In this document: positions 42,762 to 51,789 of the stretch, piece by piece
Layout of the letters: each line of letters begins with the position of its first letter
How positions within the stretch are numbered: the first letter of the stretch is position 1
IMG/VR virus record: IMGVR_UViG_3300022936_000008
Length of the DNA stretch: 64,000 bases
Source of the DNA: an uncultured virus (IMG/VR IMGVR_UViG_3300022936_000008)
Lineage: Duplodnaviria; Heunggongvirae; Uroviricota; Caudoviricetes
Strand: one strand, 5' to 3'
Notes under the pieces: generated by a model
Database searches by the model: none
Told to the model about the DNA's origin: nothing
Seen by the model: the letters and a program-made list of their open reading frames with translations, nothing else
Made by a program: the position numbers and the translations under genes

Positions 42762-42937
42762 TAGTTTACTTGTAGTTTTTGTTGATTTTTTATATACTCT
42801 GAAAGGTGATTATCATTCCGGCGGCGGATTATATCGTTTAGTGTGCGCATTGCACTTTCCTGATCAATTTCATCTTGTTTGAATTTATTGAGGGTGTCAA
42901 TTGTTATCTGCAAAAGTCGATCTCTAATTTTATCCAT
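42761..42937 (-). CDS. Small helical protein (58 aa, not in ORF track)
   Basis: MDKIRDRLLQITIDTLNKFKQDEIDQESAMRTLNDIIRRRND...; overlaps both neighbours. Confidence 0.6.
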   Translation of the reverse strand: MDKIRDRLLQITIDTLNKFKQDEIDQESAMRTLNDIIRRRNDNHLSEYIKNQQKLQVN

Positions 42938-43412
42938 TTAATATTCTTATTGCTTTTTCTGAACATATTTCTGTAAGTCCATAACCTATATCAATGCAAT
43001 CAGGATGATTTATATTACCAGAGGTTTGTACAAAATTTCTCATTTGATCTGGAAGCATATCTGTGTCATCATCAATAATAACGTAACTATTCGGTTTATT
43101 TTTATCAACCCAAATTTTTATTTCATCACCTCTTTTTTCAGACTGCCAAAATCCGTCATCATCTTGATGCATCCCTAGATCAATAGTTACATCTATAACT
43201 TCACCGGGCAAATTTCTTTCTTGCCACATTTCTTGCATTATTTTTAATCCTGAATGTCTACGTGTGCTTGAAATTACAATTTTTGCTTCTGTTTTATCAA
43301 CTATTGTTTTAAGGTTTTTAACTAAATGTTCATGAAATGTCCCCCCAAATCTGTCATGGGTTTTGGGTATTATATTCAGCACACCATCAATATCTAAAAA
43401 TATTACTTTCAT
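42930..43412 (-). CDS. HAD phosphatase of the Swiss-army-knife RNA-repair type (HAD_SAK_2-like)
   Basis: VIFLDIDGVLN, IVISSTRR, RGDEIKIW, YVIIDDD. Confidence 0.85.
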   Translation of the reverse strand: MKVIFLDIDGVLNIIPKTHDRFGGTFHEHLVKNLKTIVDKTEAKIVISSTRRHSGLKIMQEMWQERNLPGEVIDVTIDLGMHQDDDGFWQSEKRGDEIKIWVDKNKPNSYVIIDDDTDMLPDQMRNFVQTSGNINHPDCIDIGYGLTEICSEKAIRILNG

Positions 43413-43416
43413 TTTG

Positions 43417-43424
43417 CAATATTA
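43417..43424 (-). promoter_or_regulatory. Near-consensus -7 promoter element before the HAD gene
   Basis: Minus strand TTAATTCGTAATATTGCAAAATG, similar to the element at 37019. Confidence 0.5.
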
Positions 43425-43436
43425 CGAATTAATTTT

Positions 43437-45530
43437 TTAACATCTATCAATTTCTGAAAGAATTTCGCTTTTTTCTGCGGCGGACAGTAAAGATCTTGTT
43501 TCAACAGCTTGATTTTCACTGCTCTTTACAAAAGCTAAAGGATTTATTTGCGATGATGGTTTCTCAAACCCGTATTCTTTAAAACCACTGTTGTTGGGTA
43601 AAAGTCTTGTATAAACTTCTCCATCTGTTTTCTCGTAAACATCTTTGCCAACTTTCAAAAAGTTTCCTTGTCTTTTAACAGTTATTGTTTCTGAATCAAT
43701 TCTTTGATAGTCGTTGGTGTATTTATTAAGTGTGTTTGGATAGTTTCTGTAATAATCTCTGTAATCTTGTATAGACGGTGGTTGTGGTAAAACTATTTCT
43801 ATTTCCGGTGAGAAATTACTGTCTTTTGCTAACATAAAATAATCCCTGAGTTGCTGCCCATCTTCTGTTTGCAAATAATTATTCATTTGTTCTATAGAAA
43901 TTGGATCTGTGCTGATTAAATTAATACCGTCTTGTGTGAATTGAAGATTTTGCAAGGCTGGATTTTCAGACTGTTTTATTTGTTTTTCCCGGATTTCTGA
44001 AACTACATCTTCATTTAAAGAAATTCCCATTTGCCCTATTACAGTTTCACTCTCTACACTTATTCTAGGAAGCTCACTCACAGGATTTAATTCTGTACCC
44101 ATAAACTCACTATATAAAACCATTTTAGCGGCTACATCTGCATCATATTCTGCTTCGGTGGTGTCAATTTCTACCAAACGGCTTGAGACGTATTCTGCAA
44201 TGTCTTCAGTGATTAATTCCTGATTGGAAAGTGCCGAATTATATTCTATTGGTAATGAAAAATTTCCTGATAGAATATTTTGATAAATACTGTTGTAAAC
44301 TTGTTCTAAACTTTGGCTTTGAGAATTTGTTTTTATCCATACTGAGTCTTTAATTTTTAATAATCCTTGCTCTTGAAAGAGTTTATAATTACTGTCTTTT
44401 GTATTTAATTGTATCAGGTTTTTATTGCGGAATTTTTCTTCAACTAAAACTACTTGTCTTTGTGGGAAAGTTTCATTTCCTACAAACTCATCATAAATAG
44501 GGGTAAACTCTTCAACATTGCCCTCTTGAATTAAAGATTCTAATTCGACTATGAAATTCTCTATTTCTATTTGAGAGTGGGTTTCTAATCCCGGCAAATC
44601 TAAACTAATGTCGGCAGCTTTTGATTGTAAGTCTTTTAAGAGTGTTTTTATGGATTTTGAGCTAGTTTCCCACACATTTGGGCTAATGCCTTTCAGATTA
44701 TTAATGGCTGTCTGTAAACCATTATTTTCAGGTGTTCTCAGAGTTGTTTCAAGAAGCTCTTGTGTATCGCTTAGCTTATCCAGTAGTTGTCCACGTACAA
44801 GTTGTTTTACAGGAATGTTAGAGAATGTTGAGAAAAATGGAAATAAATCTTTCTTGGTTTGTTTTAAATATTCTAATTCTGAGTTAAATAAAGCTGTTTC
44901 GTATTCTTCCCTGTTTTTTATCCCGCCCAAAATTTGAATGGCTTCCTGTTCATTTAGATAAGGATTTTCCATTTGACTTCTGCCTATCAGATTTGTCTCG
45001 GAATTTGTGCTTCTAAAGTCTTCATTAAAATAAAGCTCGTTGTCAACTGTTGGTGAATTTTGTATTTTATAAATTAACTGTTGAACGTCTTGGACTGTTT
45101 GGGGAGAGTTTAAGATGTTTTTTATTTCCGCCGCAGAATATAGACCTGTCTGTTGTAAAGATTGCTGTGTTGGGAATGGGATGAACGTTTGTTTTAAAAT
45201 CTGCCCTAATTCATCGGAGTTATTTAATTGTGTTGCTGATAGAGACAGTTTTAAATCTAGGTTTTCTTGCGGCGATAATTGCTCTTCATTTTTAGCTAAA
45301 ATGTAATTTACAACCGTTTCAAGGTTTGGCTCTTGGTTGTCATCTAATTGTGGATTTACCACTTCGCTCTGGAATAGTGGCGTGTAAGCTGTTAGCCAAA
45401 CATTCTCAGCGTCTGGTGCAAGCATTACTTTCTTGGCAGCATCAAATAGCTTTGACCTCTCTTGTGTTGCAACAGCTAAAGCATACTGCGTTTCACCATC
45501 TTCTTTTATAAAATTACAAGCTATTCCCAT
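43437..45530 (-). CDS. Virion cargo/ejection protein (697 aa)
   Basis: Acidic, Gln/Asn-rich; Cys only at residues 5 and 697; N-terminus resembles that of the 1889-aa protein. Confidence 0.65.
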   Translation of the reverse strand: MGIACNFIKEDGETQYALAVATQERSKLFDAAKKVMLAPDAENVWLTAYTPLFQSEVVNPQLDDNQEPNLETVVNYILAKNEEQLSPQENLDLKLSLSATQLNNSDELGQILKQTFIPFPTQQSLQQTGLYSAAEIKNILNSPQTVQDVQQLIYKIQNSPTVDNELYFNEDFRSTNSETNLIGRSQMENPYLNEQEAIQILGGIKNREEYETALFNSELEYLKQTKKDLFPFFSTFSNIPVKQLVRGQLLDKLSDTQELLETTLRTPENNGLQTAINNLKGISPNVWETSSKSIKTLLKDLQSKAADISLDLPGLETHSQIEIENFIVELESLIQEGNVEEFTPIYDEFVGNETFPQRQVVLVEEKFRNKNLIQLNTKDSNYKLFQEQGLLKIKDSVWIKTNSQSQSLEQVYNSIYQNILSGNFSLPIEYNSALSNQELITEDIAEYVSSRLVEIDTTEAEYDADVAAKMVLYSEFMGTELNPVSELPRISVESETVIGQMGISLNEDVVSEIREKQIKQSENPALQNLQFTQDGINLISTDPISIEQMNNYLQTEDGQQLRDYFMLAKDSNFSPEIEIVLPQPPSIQDYRDYYRNYPNTLNKYTNDYQRIDSETITVKRQGNFLKVGKDVYEKTDGEVYTRLLPNNSGFKEYGFEKPSSQINPLAFVKSSENQAVETRSLLSAAEKSEILSEIDRC

Positions 45531-45531
45531 T

Positions 45532-48500
45532 TTAACAAGGTTTGTTTAATTCGTTAATTTCTTTTTGAAGATCAATTACCTCTCCTAAAACTAAAATATT
45601 CTCCATTGCACTGCTTCTACCTTGTTTTGCAATATCTCTAGCTTTGTTGTATGCCTCTAATGCACCCATTCCTAGTTCTTTTTCAAGCTGTATTCTTAAT
45701 TCGTAGTTTATATTCTGTGGTTTTCCACCATATTGTTTATTAACTTTACTCCCAAGGGTTATCAAACTTATAAGTTTTTCACTCGCCACTATTCTGACAG
45801 GTTCAAAATTATTTCCCTGATTGAACTTCAATTGTTGATTAGGTTTGTATTTATTTTTGTCTACATTATCATATGGTATTGACTCAATTAACCGAAAGTT
45901 TCCATATATAGGTGTTGTTAAATTAGGTTTTTTAATCTCCACTTTAACTAACTGTTCTTTTTTATTCAAATCGTCATAAACCTTTAACATTTGTCTTAAT
46001 TCTTTGATATTTTGTTCTCCTATGGCTGTTTTTGTTTTCCCGGAAATTGTACCACTCAATGCTTTTCTGAGTGTGTTTATATTTCTGATTTTTTCAACAT
46101 AACTTTCGGCGATTTCTATTGGTGTGTCATCTAACGTCTCAATGAAGTTACCTGTCAATATGTTTTGATATGCCGGGTTTCTTAGGTAGTCAGCGTACAA
46201 GTTTTCTGCTTCTGTGTTTAATTCATCCACCATTTTAAGTTTCTGCTCTTCTAAGGACTCTGCTTGTTCTCCAAATGAAATTGGATCATTGCTTAATTTA
46301 TCCGAAACTTTAAATAGGATTTTGTTAGTTTGAAATGGTTTGTTGTCAAGTTGAATAGGAATTTGCGCGTCAAGTTTTAAATTTTGCTTATTATACCCTT
46401 TTTGTGCGAATTCTTCAACATCGACAAATGAAACCACTTGTGATAAATCTGTCAAAGCTCTTTCAACTTCCGGCGAATAAATCCAATCCTCGTTAGAATA
46501 ATCTATTTTATAATTTGATGGAGTAAGCCCACTATCAATCAAAGTATCGATTAAAGTATTTGCCTTATCATTACTTGGAATTTGTGAATTTAAAATGTTT
46601 GAAACATCTACACTTTTGTCGATTGTGGTTTGTGTTAGGGTGACAGGAAATGCGATAGTACGTCCATTATTTTCAAATACTACGAATGGCACTTTACTGT
46701 TTGGATTTAATTTCCCAAGACGGTCAACAAACTGCTTATCGTCAATTTGAGTGTTAGTTGTTATTTCAGTACCTTGTATGAATCCTGTACCTCTAACTGT
46801 TGTCAAAGCTTCGTCAGTGAATGGTAGATTTTTTACTTGAACAGTGCTGCCTATTAGTTCCATTTCTAAGTTAGGTGAACCTAAAAATGCAATTGTAGCT
46901 TCAACTTTTTCATTCAGTTTTATTTCTTTCTGTCCTTTTTTCTTTGCCGCCAATGCTTGTTTATAGGCATTTTTACGTAATTGCTGTAACTCTTTACCGA
47001 CTTCTGCTTCAATTTCCTTTTGTTGTGTGGCTGGAAGAGAGCCTAATAGTTCACGTGTGCCTCCTTTTAAAGTGTAAATATGCAATGAATTTATTTGACG
47101 TTGTTTTTCTTCTTTTGATAGATTTTCTGTGTTTTTCAAAAGTTCTGCATTATAAACATCATCCAAAGAAATAAGCAAATCTAAAGTGTCTCCTGCCTTT
47201 ACCTCATTTACAGCAGTCTCGTTTATTGTCCAGTTATCTGCTGGATTTATGCTTTGATAGTCGAAATCGCTTTTCACAGGGACATAGGTGTCTCCCACAA
47301 GTTGATGAATTGCTGTTGAAACTGACTTACTTCCCCATTGCTTAATAATTACATTTGATTGTGATTGCAATTCTTCAAACTTTTTACGGTTAACTTCAAG
47401 TCCGGCTCTGTTATTCACTCTCACCGATAAAGTTTCTTCACCTACTTGTAAAGAAAATTCTGTACCTTCTTTTTTGGAAAGTTTTGCCAAGTCCGCGTCT
47501 GTTAGAACATTATTTTGGTTTGCTATTGACAATACTGCGCCGGGAAAAAACTGAGCTAATGTGTTTATTGAAATGTGGTTGAAAGTAACTACGTCTTTAC
47601 CAAAAGTAGCTAGACCGTTGCTTTGCGTTTGTACACCTCTATTTGTACTTTCTTCTTGCTTGGCTAAAATATCATTGGTCTCTAAAACTGTCTTTAAGTC
47701 TTTATCTTCGAGAGTTAATTTAGTTTCTGATTTAGCGGCTTGTGTTTTAAGTTTTTCAATCATCTCTAATAAACTTGCAACAGAGTTATCTCCATCCACT
47801 GAGCCATTAAGAGTTTTCCAATCGTTAAGAACTTGATTCAACTGTTTAAATTCGTTGATTTCTTCAATTGTCAAACCTGTGTCAACTTTTCTTTTTTGAA
47901 AATAATCTGAAGGTCTGTTAATTAAATTTTGTAAAACAGGAATATTCGTGGAATTTACCTTTGAAAGTAATTCTTGGTATTTTTCTATTTCCTGCGCTGA
48001 TGGATTTCTTTTTGAAAGTTCTTCTACGTCTTCTCCAAAATAAGATGTCAAGTACTCATTTCCGGCAATTATTGCTTTTACTTTGTCTTGAAGTGCTGTT
48101 ATAGGGTCAGACGTTTCTCCCCTACTTAACGTTTCTATCTCCTTATTTAAATTTTGAATTTTAAGATTTATTTGTTCTTTATCCGAGTAATTAATATTGG
48201 TATCTAAGTTAGTAGAAATGTAGTTCAAAAGATTATTAAAAACAGAGTTGTCTAAACCAATTAGTTTTGATACTATTTGAGTTAACTTACTCCATAGTGT
48301 TTCCTTTGTCACCTGTACATCTTCTGCTTCGATGTTTTTTAGAAGTTTTATAAATGCAGGATCTGTTAAACCTAATGTTGCAAATTCTTCAATGTCTGAC
48401 TCTATGTACCTAATTTTTCCTTGTATATCATCAGTACCACTAAAATTATTTTTAATGTAGGCCTTACCCTGCTCTGTTTTTGTAAAATCGGTTACCTTTT

Positions 48501-51500
48501 TAAATATTTTACTCAGTCCGTTGTGAAAAGATTTATCTCCAGTCTTACCTTGCTCATTTAGTTTTAAATTTATAAGCCCATGTACAAATTCGTGCGATAA
48601 CACTTCAATTTTTTCCGATTTTGACATTTTATCAAAAGCAGCTTTATTGATAGTTAAGATGTTGCTTAATTTACCATCTAAAACGGCAGTATCCATAGAA
48701 GCTATTGTGGGTAATCCACCAATATGTGCTCCGTCAAATGATACTCCTATTTCACTATCTATCAAATATTGTTTTATAAATTCAAAATCTTCTTGTAAGT
48801 TATAACTTTCTAAAGTCTTTTCAATTTTTTCTAAATTTGTATTTTTTAATAGGGGATAGACTTTATTTTTTAATTGCTTTAAAGCCTCAATTTGTTTTCT
48901 TTTTTCTTGAATAGAATTCTCTGGTGTGGTGATGGCTGATAGAGTTTCTTCTTCAACTCTTTCTTTTAGAGAATCTAAAATTTCCTGATCTATTTGGTTT
49001 AATGTAAATCCTTTTTCCAATTGGTCTTTCAGGCTTTGTAAGTACTCTGGGGTCACTTCCTTACCTTGTCTGAAATTATTTCTTTCTGTAACCTCTGTTA
49101 TTTCCTGAAAAGTTTCAGTGGTGTTTTGTTTGTAATTTTGCGCCACTCTTCTGAAAAACTCTGCTGTACCTGCTTCCAACTCTGTATTTCGATTTAACAG
49201 GCTTGTAACCCATCCATTCAAAAGTTTAACCCTCAGTTTTGGATCAAATATTTGTCGGGAAACATTATCATATTCTTTAACGTGGCTAACAGCTTTTGAT
49301 TGTTGTTTTAAGAGTTCTGTAATTGTAGAATGTCTTTGTGGATCAATGCTTTTGATGTTTTGAAGTGCGGCCTGAAATTTCTCTAAATTTTGCTGTTGGT
49401 TATCAACCATTTCCTGAGAAATAAAAGTTCCATTTGAAACTGTTTCTATTCCCAAAGCTGCAAATGCAAGATTCTTTTGAGCCTCTAAAGTTTGAAGTTC
49501 ATTCGTTGCATCAAGTAGTTCCTGATTTATGGCTGTAAGTTTTTGAACCCTCTGCTCTGAAGTGTCTGATTGTGCTGCTAAAACTCTTCTCTCTAAAGAT
49601 GTAAGTCTTCTTTGAGCCGACCCCACTTGTTTTTGTTTTAATTCGTATTCTCTTCTTTTCGTTTGGTCAATTTGTTCCAGAGCATCTTCCGTGTCTAAAG
49701 CATATGTAGATTCTGTTGTTGTAAGTCCTTGAGCAACTAACGATTTAATATTGGCGAGTAAGTTTTGATTAATTTCCAAAGCCTGTTTACCCATTGTAAT
49801 GTTAAATGCTATTCCTTGCTCAATTTGAGATTTTGTTAATTGGTCTTTATTTAATCCGGCAATATCTGATGTTCCAAGTAAAGCCTGAGCAAACTGTAGA
49901 TTTTTACTGTGTTCTTTTGCAACAGTTGTATATTCATTTATTTTTTCTGCTTTCCAATCTTCTACTTCTTCTACGGAGATTCCTAAATCCTCTTGTAATT
50001 GTTCTGTTGGATAACTTTTAATGGCCGTTGTAAAATCTTTAATCCCTTCTTCCACACCTTGGAAAACATAATCTCTCTCCACTGCCGCTACAATGGCTGA
50101 TCTGTTAGCCAAGACTTCTCCGGGTAAATCATTTTGTTGCTGAGCTACTTCTGCATTTTCCTGCGCATTTTGAATTTTATTTCCAGAGATTAGCTTTTGC
50201 ACAATCATTGGTTTTGTTAATCCATTTTGATAAGTGAGTGCATCATCTATTGCTTGGCGTTCACTTGACAATTCATTAAATCTTCCTCGGGTAGAAACAG
50301 CTCCACCTAAAATACCTATTATCATTCCTATCCCAACTTCTTTAAAACCCTCTTTAGTTCCAAATGTGTGTGATAAAGCGTCATAAAAAGCATCAGTTAT
50401 ACCTAAGGAATTTTTTGTCTTATCCTTAGAATAGCCATTTAAAACATAGTTTTCAGCGGTTGATGATATAACAGATTGTCCTCCCTCTTCATAAGCTCCT
50501 TCAAGCACTCCGTATTTTGCCACTCCCCAAACTTTACCTGCTATTTTTTGAGCACGGGTTGCCTGAACAGCTTTAAATGTTCCTGCGGCTGTTTTATCAA
50601 ACCCCACTCCAAATAGAGTCCTTTGTAATACATTATTTGATACTTGTGGTGTAATTGTTTTGCCAAGAGCTAAATTTCCAAATGCAGCTAAGTTTGAAGA
50701 GCCTACAACTGCTAAATTTAATGCAAAAACAGCGTTAGCTGCGTTGGCATTTGTGTTTCTAAAATCTGCTATCTCTTCTGGTGTTGCATTTGGGTTTTGC
50801 TGTTTCCAAGCCTCCTCTGCTTGTTTTGTATAGAAACGTGCTTCCATTCCAGATTCATATCCAGCCGAAGTGAGTAAAAATCTTCCTTGTTCTAAGGCTT
50901 TTGTTGCTCTGTATCCTGAAATTGCTGCGTTTTTTGTTGCGTCTTCTACAATTCCAAAACCTGTTTTTGGTATACCCCCCTCTACCGCTGCTTCTGTCGC
51001 TTCTGCTGCTGCTCTGATTGGTTGTTTAGCCCAAGACTTCATTTTAGAAAGTGAGGACAAAGTTTTTACTTCTCCCAATGCCTCTGTCCCCCATCTTGCG
51101 GCTGATCCTAATGCACCTTTTGCCAATAGTGAAGTCCCACCTGTAGCTGCTGCCCAAAGCCCTTCTGAAATAATTGCACCTGTTGTAAAAGATAACCCAC
51201 TAAGAACATCATTCGCCCAGAAATTAGCTGAAGTTGTGGAGTCTAAAAATCCTGCATTTTTTTCCTGCTCTGAATAATAGTTTGGAAGTTTGTAATCCAT
51301 CTTAGTGTTCAAGTCATCAAGCCAAGTGTTCAAATCAGAATTGTATGCTGCCGATAAAGAACCCTGAGTCACTCCTGATATAAGAGAATCTACAACCCCA
51401 ACTGTTCCGCCTAGAACGGCTGTTCCTGTTTTACCTAAAAATTTTGTAAAACCGTTTGTCCATTTCTCGCCTGATGTTTGACCTTGTGCAAGTCTTTCTT

Positions 51501-51789
51501 CGTTATTTGTATTAGGTAGGAAATTTTCATATCTTGCAATGTATTCTCCACTATTTAGAGGTGCATATAAGTCGGTGAACGGTGTTGTGTAGTCAACAGT
51601 TTGTATTCTGTTATCTTGATTTAGATTGTTAACATTTGAGAATGAATAGAGATTAGACAGGTCACTATTACCTAAAGACTGAAATTCAACTTTCTGTTTT
51701 ATAGTGTCGGCCAAACCTTGTATTGGCGTCTGTTCTTTTAACTCCGCCGGGGCTAAATAACTAAAGTCAGGAGTATTATTACTGGCCAT
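45532..51789 (-). CDS. Large virion cargo/ejection protein (2085 aa) with N-terminal Gly/Ala-rich membrane-type helices and an internal zincin domain
   Basis: G/A-rich hydrophobic helices in aa ~110-500; EVLSHEFVHGL and IEEFAT zincin motifs; only Cys is the last residue. Confidence 0.75.
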   Translation of the reverse strand: MASNNTPDFSYLAPAELKEQTPIQGLADTIKQKVEFQSLGNSDLSNLYSFSNVNNLNQDNRIQTVDYTTPFTDLYAPLNSGEYIARYENFLPNTNNEERLAQGQTSGEKWTNGFTKFLGKTGTAVLGGTVGVVDSLISGVTQGSLSAAYNSDLNTWLDDLNTKMDYKLPNYYSEQEKNAGFLDSTTSANFWANDVLSGLSFTTGAIISEGLWAAATGGTSLLAKGALGSAARWGTEALGEVKTLSSLSKMKSWAKQPIRAAAEATEAAVEGGIPKTGFGIVEDATKNAAISGYRATKALEQGRFLLTSAGYESGMEARFYTKQAEEAWKQQNPNATPEEIADFRNTNANAANAVFALNLAVVGSSNLAAFGNLALGKTITPQVSNNVLQRTLFGVGFDKTAAGTFKAVQATRAQKIAGKVWGVAKYGVLEGAYEEGGQSVISSTAENYVLNGYSKDKTKNSLGITDAFYDALSHTFGTKEGFKEVGIGMIIGILGGAVSTRGRFNELSSERQAIDDALTYQNGLTKPMIVQKLISGNKIQNAQENAEVAQQQNDLPGEVLANRSAIVAAVERDYVFQGVEEGIKDFTTAIKSYPTEQLQEDLGISVEEVEDWKAEKINEYTTVAKEHSKNLQFAQALLGTSDIAGLNKDQLTKSQIEQGIAFNITMGKQALEINQNLLANIKSLVAQGLTTTESTYALDTEDALEQIDQTKRREYELKQKQVGSAQRRLTSLERRVLAAQSDTSEQRVQKLTAINQELLDATNELQTLEAQKNLAFAALGIETVSNGTFISQEMVDNQQQNLEKFQAALQNIKSIDPQRHSTITELLKQQSKAVSHVKEYDNVSRQIFDPKLRVKLLNGWVTSLLNRNTELEAGTAEFFRRVAQNYKQNTTETFQEITEVTERNNFRQGKEVTPEYLQSLKDQLEKGFTLNQIDQEILDSLKERVEEETLSAITTPENSIQEKRKQIEALKQLKNKVYPLLKNTNLEKIEKTLESYNLQEDFEFIKQYLIDSEIGVSFDGAHIGGLPTIASMDTAVLDGKLSNILTINKAAFDKMSKSEKIEVLSHEFVHGLINLKLNEQGKTGDKSFHNGLSKIFKKVTDFTKTEQGKAYIKNNFSGTDDIQGKIRYIESDIEEFATLGLTDPAFIKLLKNIEAEDVQVTKETLWSKLTQIVSKLIGLDNSVFNNLLNYISTNLDTNINYSDKEQINLKIQNLNKEIETLSRGETSDPITALQDKVKAIIAGNEYLTSYFGEDVEELSKRNPSAQEIEKYQELLSKVNSTNIPVLQNLINRPSDYFQKRKVDTGLTIEEINEFKQLNQVLNDWKTLNGSVDGDNSVASLLEMIEKLKTQAAKSETKLTLEDKDLKTVLETNDILAKQEESTNRGVQTQSNGLATFGKDVVTFNHISINTLAQFFPGAVLSIANQNNVLTDADLAKLSKKEGTEFSLQVGEETLSVRVNNRAGLEVNRKKFEELQSQSNVIIKQWGSKSVSTAIHQLVGDTYVPVKSDFDYQSINPADNWTINETAVNEVKAGDTLDLLISLDDVYNAELLKNTENLSKEEKQRQINSLHIYTLKGGTRELLGSLPATQQKEIEAEVGKELQQLRKNAYKQALAAKKKGQKEIKLNEKVEATIAFLGSPNLEMELIGSTVQVKNLPFTDEALTTVRGTGFIQGTEITTNTQIDDKQFVDRLGKLNPNSKVPFVVFENNGRTIAFPVTLTQTTIDKSVDVSNILNSQIPSNDKANTLIDTLIDSGLTPSNYKIDYSNEDWIYSPEVERALTDLSQVVSFVDVEEFAQKGYNKQNLKLDAQIPIQLDNKPFQTNKILFKVSDKLSNDPISFGEQAESLEEQKLKMVDELNTEAENLYADYLRNPAYQNILTGNFIETLDDTPIEIAESYVEKIRNINTLRKALSGTISGKTKTAIGEQNIKELRQMLKVYDDLNKKEQLVKVEIKKPNLTTPIYGNFRLIESIPYDNVDKNKYKPNQQLKFNQGNNFEPVRIVASEKLISLITLGSKVNKQYGGKPQNINYELRIQLEKELGMGALEAYNKARDIAKQGRSSAMENILVLGEVIDLQKEINELNKPC

